Below are positions 22,601 through 29,737 of a DNA stretch of 64,000 nt, in pieces. The stretch covers positions 1,440,001 to 1,504,000 of the forward strand of contig CBDAOI010000004.1 in assembly GCA_965198005.1 (NCBI GenBank), given 5' to 3'. Below the pieces are notes generated by a model. The model did no database searches and was not told the origin of the DNA. It worked only from the letters and a program-made list of their open reading frames with translations. A program made the translations under genes and the position numbers. This DNA is from Spirochaetia bacterium (GTDB taxonomy: Bacteria > Spirochaetota > Spirochaetia > SZUA-6 > Bin103). Each line of letters starts with the position of its first letter. Position 1 is the stretch's first letter.

Positions 22601-25600
22601 GGAGTAGCTCTGCCCGTCGTACATGATCGAAGAGACGTAGATCGAATCGGGTCCGGCCAGGGACACCTGAACCGAGTCGAGGTTCGCCAGGCTGGGATCG
22701 AGTTGATCGGCGGACACCATCACCGCGGACGGTTGATGCGCCTCCGCCATCATCATGTCGACCTTGTCCTGCGCCTCCATGGCCGCCGCTTCGGCCTCGG
22801 CTACGGCGGCATCGGCCATCGCCTGCGCGTCGGCCACCGCCGCATCGGCCGCTGCCTTGGCAGCCGCGGTCGCGGCTTCGGCGTCGGCCAACTGCGCCGC
22901 AAGCTCGCTGTTCTCACTTTCGAGCGCTGCAACGGCAGCCTCGAGCTCGGCGATTCTCGCCTGAGCGGCAGCGAATTCCGCTTCCGCCTGCTCGGCCGCG
23001 GTCGGCGGCAGGGTCACCTGCCGTATCCCAACCACCTCCAACCGGTTGCCACCGGCGTAGCGGAGTTGCCCGGAGTAGCCCTGGCCATCCACGTTCACGT
23101 AGGAGATGTCCAGCATGTCCGGCGCCACGAACGCCAGCTCGGTCTGCGACAGGCCGACCGAATCGGGAATCAGCTTCCCGCTCGGCCCGAATACCTGCTC
23201 GACCGTGGCGGTGGTACCGCCGCGGTAGCGCAGCAGGGCGGAGTAGCTCTGTCCGTCGTACATGATGGAAGAGACGTAGATCGAATCGGGTCCGGCCAGG
23301 GACACCTGAACCGAGTCGAGGTTCGCCAGGCTGGGATCGAGCTGATCGGCGGACACCATCACCGCGGACGGTTGATGCGCCTCCGCCATCATCATGTCGA
23401 CCTTGTCCATCGACTCCATCGCCGTCGCTTCGGCGTCGGCTACCGCGGCATCGGCCATCGCCTGGGCGTCGGCCACTGCCGCATCGGCCATCGCCTGGGC
23501 GTCAGCCACCGCCGCGTCCGCCGCCGCCTGGGCGTCGGCCGCTGCGGCGTCGGCCGCCGCCTGCGCGTCGGCAATCGCCGCTACGGCGGCCGCCTGCGCC
23601 GCTGCCTCGGCGGCGGATACCTGCTCGGCGGCGGTCGGCGGCAGCGTCACCCGCTGTATCCCGACCACCTCCAACCGGTTGCCGCCGGCGTAGCGGAGTT
23701 GCCCGGAGTAGCCTTGGCCATCCACCTCCACGTAGGAGATGTCCAGCATGTCCGGCGCCACGAACGCCAGCTCGGTCTGCGACAGGCCGACCGAATCGGG
23801 AATCAGCTTCCCGCTCGGCCCGAATACCTGCTCGACCGTGGCGGTGGTGCCGCCGCGGTAGCGCAGCAGGGCGGAGTAGCTCTGTCCGTCGTACATGATA
23901 GAAGAGACGTAGATCGAATCGGGCCCGGCCAGGGACACCTGGACCGAGTCGAGGTTCGCCAAGCTGGGATCGAGCTGATCGGCGGACACCATCACCGCGG
24001 ACGGTTGATGCGCCTCCGCCATCATCATGTCGACCTTGTCCATCGCCGCCGCTTCGGCGTCGGCGCTCATGGCCTGGGCCTCTGCGATTGCCGCATCCGC
24101 CGCCATCTGCGCGTCCGCAACCGCTGCATCCGCCGCCATCTGCGCGTCCGCAACCGCTGCATCCGCCGCCATCTGCGCCTCGGCAATCGCGGCGTCGGCG
24201 GCAGCTTCGGCGGCTGCCGCCTGCTCGGCCGCGGTCGGCGGCAGGGTCACCTGCTGTATCCCGACGACTTCCAACTGGTTGCCGCCGGCGTAGCGGAGTT
24301 GCCCGGAGTAGCCCTGACCGTTCACCTCCACGTAGGAGATGTCGAGCACGTTGTCGACCAGCGCCAGCTCGGTCTGCGCCAAGCCGACCGAATCGGGAAT
24401 CAGCTTCCCGGCCGACCCGAACACCTGCTCCACCGTGGCGGTAGTGCCGCCCGCGTACCTGAGCAGAGCGGAGTAGCTCTGCCCGTCGTACATAATGGAA
24501 GAAACGTAGATCGAATCGGGTCCCGCGAGCGACGCCCGCGCGGAGTCGAGACTGAGCATGCCGACGTCGATCTGGTCGGGCGAAATCATCACCGCGGACG
24601 GTTGATGCGCCTCCGCCATCATCATGTCGGCCTTGTCCATCGCCTCCATGGCCGTCGCATCGGCAGCCGCAGCCTCGGCGACTGCGGCTTCGGCGTCGGC
24701 CTGAGCCTGCGCCGTTTCGGCTTGAGCAGCCGCGGCGTCGGCCTGAGCCTGCGCGGCTTCGGCCTGAGCAGCCGCGGCGTCGGCTTGAGCCGCCGCCAAC
24801 TGCTCCTGCAGGGCAGCGATCTGATCGGCCGCGGAAGTCGGCAACATCACCCGCTGGATTCCGGCAACCTCGAACCGGTTGCCGCCGGCGTAGCGGAGCT
24901 GCCCGGAGTAGCCCTGGCCGCCTACCTCTACGTAGGAAATCTCCAGCATGTCCGGCGCGACCAAGGCCAACTCGGTTTGCGACAGCCCCACCGAGTCGGG
25001 AATCATCGCCCCATCGGGACCAAAGACCTTCTCGACGGTCGCCGTCATGCCGCCCTGGTACTTGAGAAGGGCGGAGTAGGCCTGCCCGTCGTACATGATC
25101 GACGAGACGTAGATCGAATCGGGTCCCGCCAGCGACACCGTCGCCGCATCGAAACTCAGCAGATCCGGATCGAGCTGATCCGCCGAAACCATGATTCCGG
25201 CATCCTCGGCGGCTGCGGCCATCATGGCGTCGACCTTGGCCATGGCTTCCATGGCCTCTGCTTTCGCCATGTCGACCATCTCCTCGACCATCTCCTCGGC
25301 CGACATCGCGGCGTCCTTGGCATCTTCCAGCATGGCCATCGAGGCGTCAGCTTCGGCCTTGGCCATGTCGACCTCGGCTTTTGCCATTTCCGCTTCGGTC
25401 TTGGCCATTTCAGCCTCCGCCTGCGCCGCCGTGACCTCAGCCTCGAGGGTGGCGACCTCCTCTTCCAAGGCGGCGACCTGCTGTTCTGCCGGAGAGGGCT
25501 TCTCCATTTCCTCCATTTCCTCGGCCGGTGTAGCCGGGGAAATACAACTCAGGGCGACCAGCGAACTCAAGGCAATGAGAACCACCGCCACCAGACTCAT

Positions 25601-25609
25601 TCTATGCAT
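16676..25609 (-). CDS. Giant (~2977 aa) repetitive lipoprotein: 13 tandem beta-rich modules, Ala-rich coiled-coil linkers and a unique C-terminal domain
   Basis: GGAGG RBS 6 nt before ATG 25609. Hydrophobic signal ending VALSC (lipobox). Repeated AGPDSIYVSSIMYDGQ module. Has its own promoter and terminator. Confidence 0.9.
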   Translation of the reverse strand: MHRMSLVAVVLIALSSLVALSCISPATPAEEMEEMEKPSPAEQQVAALEEEVATLEAEVTAAQAEAEMAKTEAEMAKAEVDMAKAEADASMAMLEDAKDAAMSAEEMVEEMVDMAKAEAMEAMAKVDAMMAAAAEDAGIMVSADQLDPDLLSFDAATVSLAGPDSIYVSSIMYDGQAYSALLKYQGGMTATVEKVFGPDGAMIPDSVGLSQTELALVAPDMLEISYVEVGGQGYSGQLRYAGGNRFEVAGIQRVMLPTSAADQIAALQEQLAAAQADAAAAQAEAAQAQADAAAAQAETAQAQADAEAAVAEAAAADATAMEAMDKADMMMAEAHQPSAVMISPDQIDVGMLSLDSARASLAGPDSIYVSSIMYDGQSYSALLRYAGGTTATVEQVFGSAGKLIPDSVGLAQTELALVDNVLDISYVEVNGQGYSGQLRYAGGNQLEVVGIQQVTLPPTAAEQAAAAEAAADAAIAEAQMAADAAVADAQMAADAAVADAQMAADAAIAEAQAMSADAEAAAMDKVDMMMAEAHQPSAVMVSADQLDPSLANLDSVQVSLAGPDSIYVSSIMYDGQSYSALLRYRGGTTATVEQVFGPSGKLIPDSVGLSQTELAFVAPDMLDISYVEVDGQGYSGQLRYAGGNRLEVVGIQRVTLPPTAAEQVSAAEAAAQAAAVAAIADAQAAADAAAADAQAAADAAVADAQAMADAAVADAQAMADAAVADAEATAMESMDKVDMMMAEAHQPSAVMVSADQLDPSLANLDSVQVSLAGPDSIYVSSIMYDGQSYSALLRYRGGTTATVEQVFGPSGKLIPDSVGLSQTELAFVAPDMLDISYVNVDGQGYSGQLRYAGGNRLEVVGIRQVTLPPTAAEQAEAEFAAAQARIAELEAAVAALESENSELAAQLADAEAATAAAKAAADAAVADAQAMADAAVAEAEAAAMEAQDKVDMMMAEAHQPSAVMVSADQLDPSLANLDSVQVSLAGPDSIYVSSIMYDGQSYSALLRYRGGTTATVEQVFGPSGKLIPDSVGLSQTELAFVAPDMLDISYVNVDGQGYSGQLRYAGGNTLEVVGIQQVTLPPTAAEQVSAAEAAAQAAAEAAMADAQAAADAAVADAQAAADAAVADAQAMADAAVADAQAMADAAVDDAEAAAMEAQDKVDMMMAEAHQPSAVMVSADQLDPSLANLDSVQVSLAGPDSIYVSSIMYDGQSYSALLRYRGGTTATVEQVFGPSGKLIPDSVGLSQTELAFVAPDMLDISYVNVDGQGYSGQLRYAGGNQLEVVGIQQVTLPPTAAEQVSAAEAAAQAAAEAAMADAQAAADAAVADAQAAADAAVADAQAMADAAVADAQAMADAAVDDAEAAAMEAQDKVDMMMAEAHQPSAVMVSADQLDPSLANLDSVQVSLAGPDSIYVSSIMYDGQSYSALLRYRGGTTATVEQVFGPSGKLIPDSVGLSQTELAFVAPDMLDISYVNVDGQGYSGQLRYAGGNQLEVVGIQQVTLPPTAAEQVSAAEAAAQVAADAAIADAQAAADAAVADAEAAADAAAMEAQAMTDAADAAAMEAQAMTAAAEAAAMEAMDKVDMMMAEAHQPSAVMVSADQLDPSLANLDSVQVSLAGPDSIYVSSIMYDGQSYSALLRYRGGTTATVEQVFGPSGKLIPDSVGLSQTELAFVAPDMLDISYVNVDGQGYSGQLRYAGGNTLEVVGIQQVTLPPTAADQAEAAAEAAVADAQAAADAAVAEAQAAADAVAAEAQAAADAAVADAQAAADAAVADAQAMTDAADAATMEAMDKVDMMMAETHQPSAVMVSADQLDPSLANLDSVQVSLAGPDSIYVSSIMYDGQSYSALLRYRGGTTATVEQVFGPSGKLIPDSVGLAQTELAFVAPDMLDISYVNVDGQGYSGQLRYAGGNRLEVVGIQQVTLPPTAAEQAAEQVSAAEAAADAAVADAQAAADAAVADAQAAADAAVADAQAAADAQAAADAGAVAEAQAATAAAEAAAMEAQDKVDMMMAEAHQPSAVMVSADQLDPSLVSLDSVQVSLAGPDSIYVSSIMYDGQSYSALLRYRGGTTATVEAVFGPSGKLIPDSVGLSQTELAFVAPDMLDISNVEVGGQGYSGQLRYAGGNRLEVVGIQRITLPPTAAEQVAAAEAAADAAIAEAQAAADAAVAEAQTAADAAAAEAQAAAAAHVADAQAAADAHVAEAQAAADAAVADAEAAAMEAQDKVDMMMAEAHQPSAVMVSADQLDPSLVSLDSVQVSLAGPDSIYVSSIMYDGQSYSALLRYRGGTTATVEAVFGPSGKLIPDSVGLSQTELAFVAPDMLDISNVEVGGQGYSGQLRYAGGNRLEVVGIQRITLPPTAAEQAAAAAEAAVADAQAAADAAVADAQAAAEAAVADAAAAADATVADAQAAANAAVADAQAAADAAVAEAQAATAAAEAAAMEARDKVDMMMAEAHQPSALMVSADQLDPSLLSLDSAQASVAGPDSIYVSSIMYDGQSYSALLRYRGGTTATVEQVFGPNGTLIPDSLNLARTELSFEAPDVLNISFVELGGQGYSGQLRYVGDNRLELVGMQQVTLPPTAAELAQTAADTAVAAANAAVGDALAAAAAAMSDAEASADAARVAVAEAVDAKAMLMAMMEDLEARVQVPTGIDPNLLNLDDAEVSIAGPDSIYISGIKYGDQEFSARLRYAGDNQGVAEALFGNGVGAIPDMDLSAPALEVVGPDTLVISNVGIRGTAYAVSLKITHDGAIVVSTEEQGHPVRTAAELMRDDLLSSGNRVVSGFADGDALSGEGAWTSGADSVSQTDADTSHAKWALMNVAQPAVATLYGVAGRTSGNEKVGLGLHFLASGTPQSGNTWNYGRSYLMWITQEENFYGTDETQAQLYESLDGNRLVWLKSRNVARPLDDGVTLEALYNPDGCPEGVSVCYGSITLMVDGMEQFKVRVTSDPAERAPDTIALRALGGPVEFTDLYVYSR
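17350..25200 (-). repeat. Intragenic tandem array of ~600-670 bp units (12 conserved plus 1 diverged)
   Basis: The anchor ATGTCG(A/G)CC recurs at 18264, 18930, 19584, 20226, 20859, 21489, 22122, 22755, 23394, 24027 and 24624. All spacings are multiples of 3 (597-666 bp). Confidence 0.95.
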
Positions 25610-25662
25610 CACTTTCCTCCATTTTCGCACGTTAAGGCCAGATTCCCCTCCCAGGCGGGGTC

Positions 25663-25691
25663 ATCATGCGGGAAATCTCGAACCTTGTCAA
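25663..25691 (-). promoter_or_regulatory. Sigma70-type promoter of the giant lipoprotein gene
   Basis: TTGACA-17 nt-CATGAT on the minus strand, preceded by A-tracts (UP-element-like, ~25700-25745). Confidence 0.7.
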
Positions 25692-26115
25692 ACGCAAAGC
25701 GTAAAGTTTTTCTCATGTTTTGGTGTTTTTTTCCGATATTCATTAAGTGTCAGGCTCCGACACACGGATCGCGGTGCAAAGGGGCACGCACCGCGCGCAG
25801 GAATAGACACAGGAATAGTGGGTGCCGGACGGCCGGCCGGCATGTCCGGGAGGCACACCACTGCAGGACGCGCGGCACGCCGTGCGTGTACGGCGCTGCA
25901 TGCTCGGACTGTGGAACCCGCAAACGGGCGTCCTCCTTTAACCGATCGCGTCGCCAGCAGCCCTCCCGTCATGCCGGCGTACACGGGTCGCGCTCACCCG
26001 GGAGCAGTGGCCCCCGCGCGGCACGTTGCCTCAGAGCTACGTATTTATAACAGATAAACAATTAGGTGCAAACATGGTTTCACCAAAATCTCCGTAACTC
26101 CGGTGCTCCGGGCGG

Positions 26116-26451
26116 TCATCCGAGCGGTTGGCGCCGGATCAGGCATAGCAATGCTTCGAGATTGTCCGGCTGCCGGCTGCCCCCGGCGATGCGGTTCGTG
26201 CTCACTTCGCCGCAGACTTCACAACGGTGGACAACCTGCCAGCCCTTGCGCCCGGCGTGCCGGACTCCCACCGGCACCATGAGCCCCCCGCAACGACTGG
26301 CCCGGTCTCCGGGCGCCACGTCCACATGAACCGAGTGCAGACATTGTGGGCAATGGTTCCTGTAACTTCCATCGTCAACGGGAGTTACAGACATGCCGCA
26401 GTGCCGGCACGCGAATCCGGAGTTCTCGGTCCGCCGTCTTCCGCCAACCAC
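26116..26451 (-). CDS. RNHCP domain-containing zinc-ribbon protein
   Basis: F.CRHCG, YRNHCPQCLHSVHVD..PGDR...CGGLM and HRCEVCG motifs. Confidence 0.88.
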   Translation of the reverse strand: MVGGRRRTENSGFACRHCGMSVTPVDDGSYRNHCPQCLHSVHVDVAPGDRASRCGGLMVPVGVRHAGRKGWQVVHRCEVCGEVSTNRIAGGSRQPDNLEALLCLIRRQPLG

Positions 26452-26709
26452 TCCGGCCCCATTGTGCCCAACATCCGGTCCGTTCCGCAAGCGACCTGGA
26501 CGGGACATCGGACGGGACGTCAAGTGGTGCACTCCGGCGACGCAACTTCAGCAAGCGAGCGATCACTCACTAAGGTGAGTGCGCACTATTGCGATAACGA
26601 GACGGCAGTGGACGACGTGCGACTACTTCAAACCGCCAAGCAATGGAGCGACCGGCAGGTGCGCGATGACCGAAGACGCGGCGGGACGATCGCCGCGGCC
26701 GCTGCCGAA

Positions 26710-26783
26710 TGGGCGGTACTGGACTCGAACCAGTGACCCCTAGCGTGTCGAGCTAGTGCTCTAGCCAACTGAGCTAACCGCCC
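26710..26783 (-). tRNA. tRNA-Val(GAC), CCA not encoded
   Basis: Cloverleaf GGGCGGT-TA-GCTC..GAGC-A-CTAGC-TCGACAC-GCTAG-GGGTC-ACTGG-TTCGAGT-CCAGT-ACCGCCC-A. Confidence 0.95.
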
Positions 26784-27096
26784 GCACCGGGCGCTCCGCG
26801 CGCCCCGCGCTCGCTGGAGTGGATATAACCGACCGGCGGGGGGGCCGTCAACAGCTTTGCCGCACCGGGTGGCGGGCGGGACGGCACGTAAGTGGGTTCA
26901 CGACGCCTGGCTGACCGACTTGGTGCCCACCGCCACCTCCGACACCTCGCAGAGCACTCGACCGCAATGTTCTTGGGGATGACAGGCACCCGGCCAGTGT
27001 TCGGTATTTTATGACAGAGTAAGCAGATAGCTCTGCGCGAGGGCGTGCGGGCGGAGCAGATGCCGAGCGGACCCCACCAAACATCGAACTTTTGGT

Positions 27097-27125
27097 TTGA
27101 CAACCCACGACATAAGCCCTATTAT
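27097..27125 (+). promoter_or_regulatory. Near-consensus sigma70 promoter upstream of the RRM gene
   Basis: TTGACA-17 nt-TATTAT. Confidence 0.75.
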
Positions 27126-27424
27126 ATCCATCGTGCTGCCCTATAGACCGGAATCATCTAAGATCTCGCTCCGCTCCGCAGCCAGCCACTCACCGAGAAT
27201 TGCCGCACCGGGGCGCTGGCCCCGCCCGGACGTGGTGTGGACGGCTGGTTGACGGCGGGCGCGGAACCGGTTAAAGTAAGCACGAATAACGTAGGTCACT
27301 TCAGATACTGCCTTGCCCATGGGCGTCCGTTCGGACGCTGGAGACCGAGCATTTGTTGACATCAGTTGCTGCTGCTCCGTTGGCCCGGTAGGGCGGGACT
27401 GCGAAGTGGCCCCAGGAGTAGGCA

Positions 27425-27694
27425 ATGGCCAACAAGAAGCTATTCGTCGGGGGACTGCCCTACGCGGTCACCGATGAACGGCTGGAAACAGTCTTCGCCG
27501 CGCACGGCAACGTCGAGTCCGCGCGGGTCGTAACGGACAAGTTCACCGGGCAGTCGCGCGGGTTCGGTTTCGTCGAGATGGGTTCCGATGCCGAGGCGAC
27601 AGCCGCAGTCAACGGGCTCAATGAGACCGACCTCGATGGTCGGACGATCACGGTTGCCGTAGCCCGCCCACGGGAGGATCGCTCGCGCTGGTAG
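27425..27694 (+). CDS. RNA recognition motif (RRM) RNA-binding protein
   Basis: RNP2 LFVGGL and RNP1 RGFGFVEM. AGGAG RBS. Confidence 0.95.
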   Translation: MANKKLFVGGLPYAVTDERLETVFAAHGNVESARVVTDKFTGQSRGFGFVEMGSDAEATAAVNGLNETDLDGRTITVAVARPREDRSRW

Positions 27695-27825
27695 CGGCGA
27701 ACGGCGCGGTTACGAGAGTCTGAGTGCCCGGTTCGGGACCGGCGGCTAACCGCCGCCGGTCGGGCTGGAGACCGCCTGCGTCCCTTGCGGGAGGTGGCGG
27801 AAACTGGGAGGAACCGTAGCGCGCA

Positions 27826-28878
27826 ATGAGTGCAGCCGCGGAGGATGCGCCGCCCGACGGCGTGCCGATACACTCCGCCGGTCTCACGGGTCCGCAGAAG
27901 GCGGCCGTTGTTCTGGTCAGTCTGGGGGCCGAGTTCGCGGCCGAGATCTTCACGCACCTGCGGGAGGACGAGATCGAGCAATTGACGCTCGAGGTCGCCC
28001 GGATGGAGGCAATTGCGCCCGCCGAACAGGACCGTGCGCTGGCCGAGTTTCAGGAGTTGATGCTCGCTCCCGGCGAAGCGTCCACCAGCGGGCTCGACTT
28101 CGCGCGGGAGATTCTTGAGAAGTCTCTCGGTGCCGACCGGGCCGGGGCGATTGTCAGCCGTCTGGCGCGGGCCATGCATGAGCGGCCGTTCGAGTTCATA
28201 CGCCGTACCGATCCGGTCCGCCTGATCGCGTTCATTCGGGATGAACATCCGCAAACGATTGCGCTCATACTGGGATACCTGACTCCGGCCAAGGCGTCCG
28301 CCATTCTCGGCCGACTGCCGTTCGAGACCCAGTCCGACATTTCGCACCGCATCGCGACCATGGACCGCACGGCTCCCGAGGTCGTGCGCGAAGTGAGCCG
28401 GGTGCTGCGCCGCAAGCTCGCCGCGCTGTCGGCGGATGGGTACGTAGCCTCGGGCGGGGTCGAGGCGATCGTCCAGATCCTGAGTCTGGTGGACCGCTCT
28501 ACCGAACAGACCATCATCGAGGCGCTCGAGCAGGACGCGCCCGGTCTGGCGGCGGAGATCAAACAGCGCCTGTTCCTGTTCGAAGATCTGGTACGACTCG
28601 ACGACGCCGGCATCCAGGCGGTGTTGCGCGAAGTCGACCGGTCACGGCTCGCCCGGGCCTTGAAGGCGGCGGATCCCGCGGTGCACGAGAAGATCTTCCG
28701 CAACCTGTCCGCACGAGCCGCGGCGTTGCTCAGAGAGAGCATCGAAGGCCTCGGCCCGATTCGGCTCAAGCAACTGGAGGCTGCGCAGCAGGACCTGGTA
28801 GCACTGGTCCGCAAGTTGCAGGAGCAAGGTGAAGTAGCGCTCGCGGCCGATATTGACCCCCAACAGACAATCTCGTAA
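27826..28878 (+). CDS. fliG: Flagellar motor switch protein FliG (orphan)
   Basis: LTGPQKAAVVL, EHPQTIALIL, GGVEA, LFLFED and GPIRL motifs. Confidence 0.92.
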   Translation: MSAAAEDAPPDGVPIHSAGLTGPQKAAVVLVSLGAEFAAEIFTHLREDEIEQLTLEVARMEAIAPAEQDRALAEFQELMLAPGEASTSGLDFAREILEKSLGADRAGAIVSRLARAMHERPFEFIRRTDPVRLIAFIRDEHPQTIALILGYLTPAKASAILGRLPFETQSDISHRIATMDRTAPEVVREVSRVLRRKLAALSADGYVASGGVEAIVQILSLVDRSTEQTIIEALEQDAPGLAAEIKQRLFLFEDLVRLDDAGIQAVLREVDRSRLARALKAADPAVHEKIFRNLSARAAALLRESIEGLGPIRLKQLEAAQQDLVALVRKLQEQGEVALAADIDPQQTIS

Positions 28879-28891
28879 TCTTATCGATGCC

Positions 28892-29719
28892 ATGCACTTC
28901 GGTTCGACGCGCCCATCCGGACCTGCGTTCCGCGGCTGGCCTGCGGGGCTGGTCGCGCTTGTCGTAAGCTTGGCGGCCGCGGTCGCCGCCTTCCCCGCAC
29001 CGAGCGCCGACACCGAGGCCGCCCCCGCGCCGGCGGCCCCCGCGTCGTTTGCCGTGGTGGAGCTGTTTACCTCGCAAGGGTGCAACAGTTGCCCGCGGGC
29101 GGATCAGGCGCTGGCAGCGCTGGTGCACGAAACCCACGGTCAGCTACCGGTGTACTCGATCGAGTGGCACGTCGATTACTGGGACTATCTCGGCTGGCCG
29201 GATCCGTACGCACTGCCCGAAGCGGCACCGCGGCAGCGGCGCTACAGCCGGATGCTGAACAGCCGGACCTATACGCCGCAGATGGTAGTGAATGGAAGAA
29301 TCATCGTGCGTCCGGCCCAGGATGCGGCCCTGGTGCGGTCGACGGCGTTGAATCTGCTTGAGCCGGAACGGCCAGGTGACGTCAGCTTGACCGTGGCCGT
29401 ACGCGTGCGGCGGCCGGGTTCGGTGGAAGTGGACTGTTCCGTGGCGGGCGCCCCGAGCAACGCGATCTTGACGTTGGTGGTGGTGGAGCGCGGCCTGGAG
29501 AACTACGTTCCGCGCGGCGAGAACGCCGGTCGCACGTTGCAGCACGCAAATGTCGCGCGTGGTTTCGCCACGGTCGACCTGGGCGAGATGGCAGACGGAT
29601 CGCGGTCGGTGCCGGTCACGATTCCACCCGAGGTGGAGACCGGCCGCAGCTCGGTCATCGCCTACCTCCAGGACAGAGCAACATTGCGTATCGTCGGCGC
29701 GGCGATGGCCCCGCTTTGA
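28892..29719 (+). CDS. DUF1223 family secreted thioredoxin-like protein
   Basis: VVELFTSQGCNSCPRAD, HVDYWDYLGW, YTPQMVVNG and GENAGRTL motifs. Confidence 0.9.
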   Translation: MHFGSTRPSGPAFRGWPAGLVALVVSLAAAVAAFPAPSADTEAAPAPAAPASFAVVELFTSQGCNSCPRADQALAALVHETHGQLPVYSIEWHVDYWDYLGWPDPYALPEAAPRQRRYSRMLNSRTYTPQMVVNGRIIVRPAQDAALVRSTALNLLEPERPGDVSLTVAVRVRRPGSVEVDCSVAGAPSNAILTLVVVERGLENYVPRGENAGRTLQHANVARGFATVDLGEMADGSRSVPVTIPPEVETGRSSVIAYLQDRATLRIVGAAMAPL

Positions 29720-29737
29720 GCGCTCCGGTCCTGGCCT

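Noticed and set aside
17350-25200. Repeat array as CRISPR, DGR or a mobile element
   Set aside because: Units are ~630-bp in-frame coding repeats. There is no spacer structure, no cas or reverse transcriptase gene, and no adenine-specific variation.
17072-26050. 2992-aa ORF on the + strand opposite the giant lipoprotein
   Set aside because: Antisense shadow of GC-rich codon usage, amplified by the repeat array. It has an Arg/Gly/His-rich composition, no RBS and no motifs. The minus frame has the signal peptide, RBS, promoter and terminator.
26710-26783. tRNA-Val as an integration site
   Set aside because: No integrase nearby, and I found no duplicated tRNA 3' end in the window.
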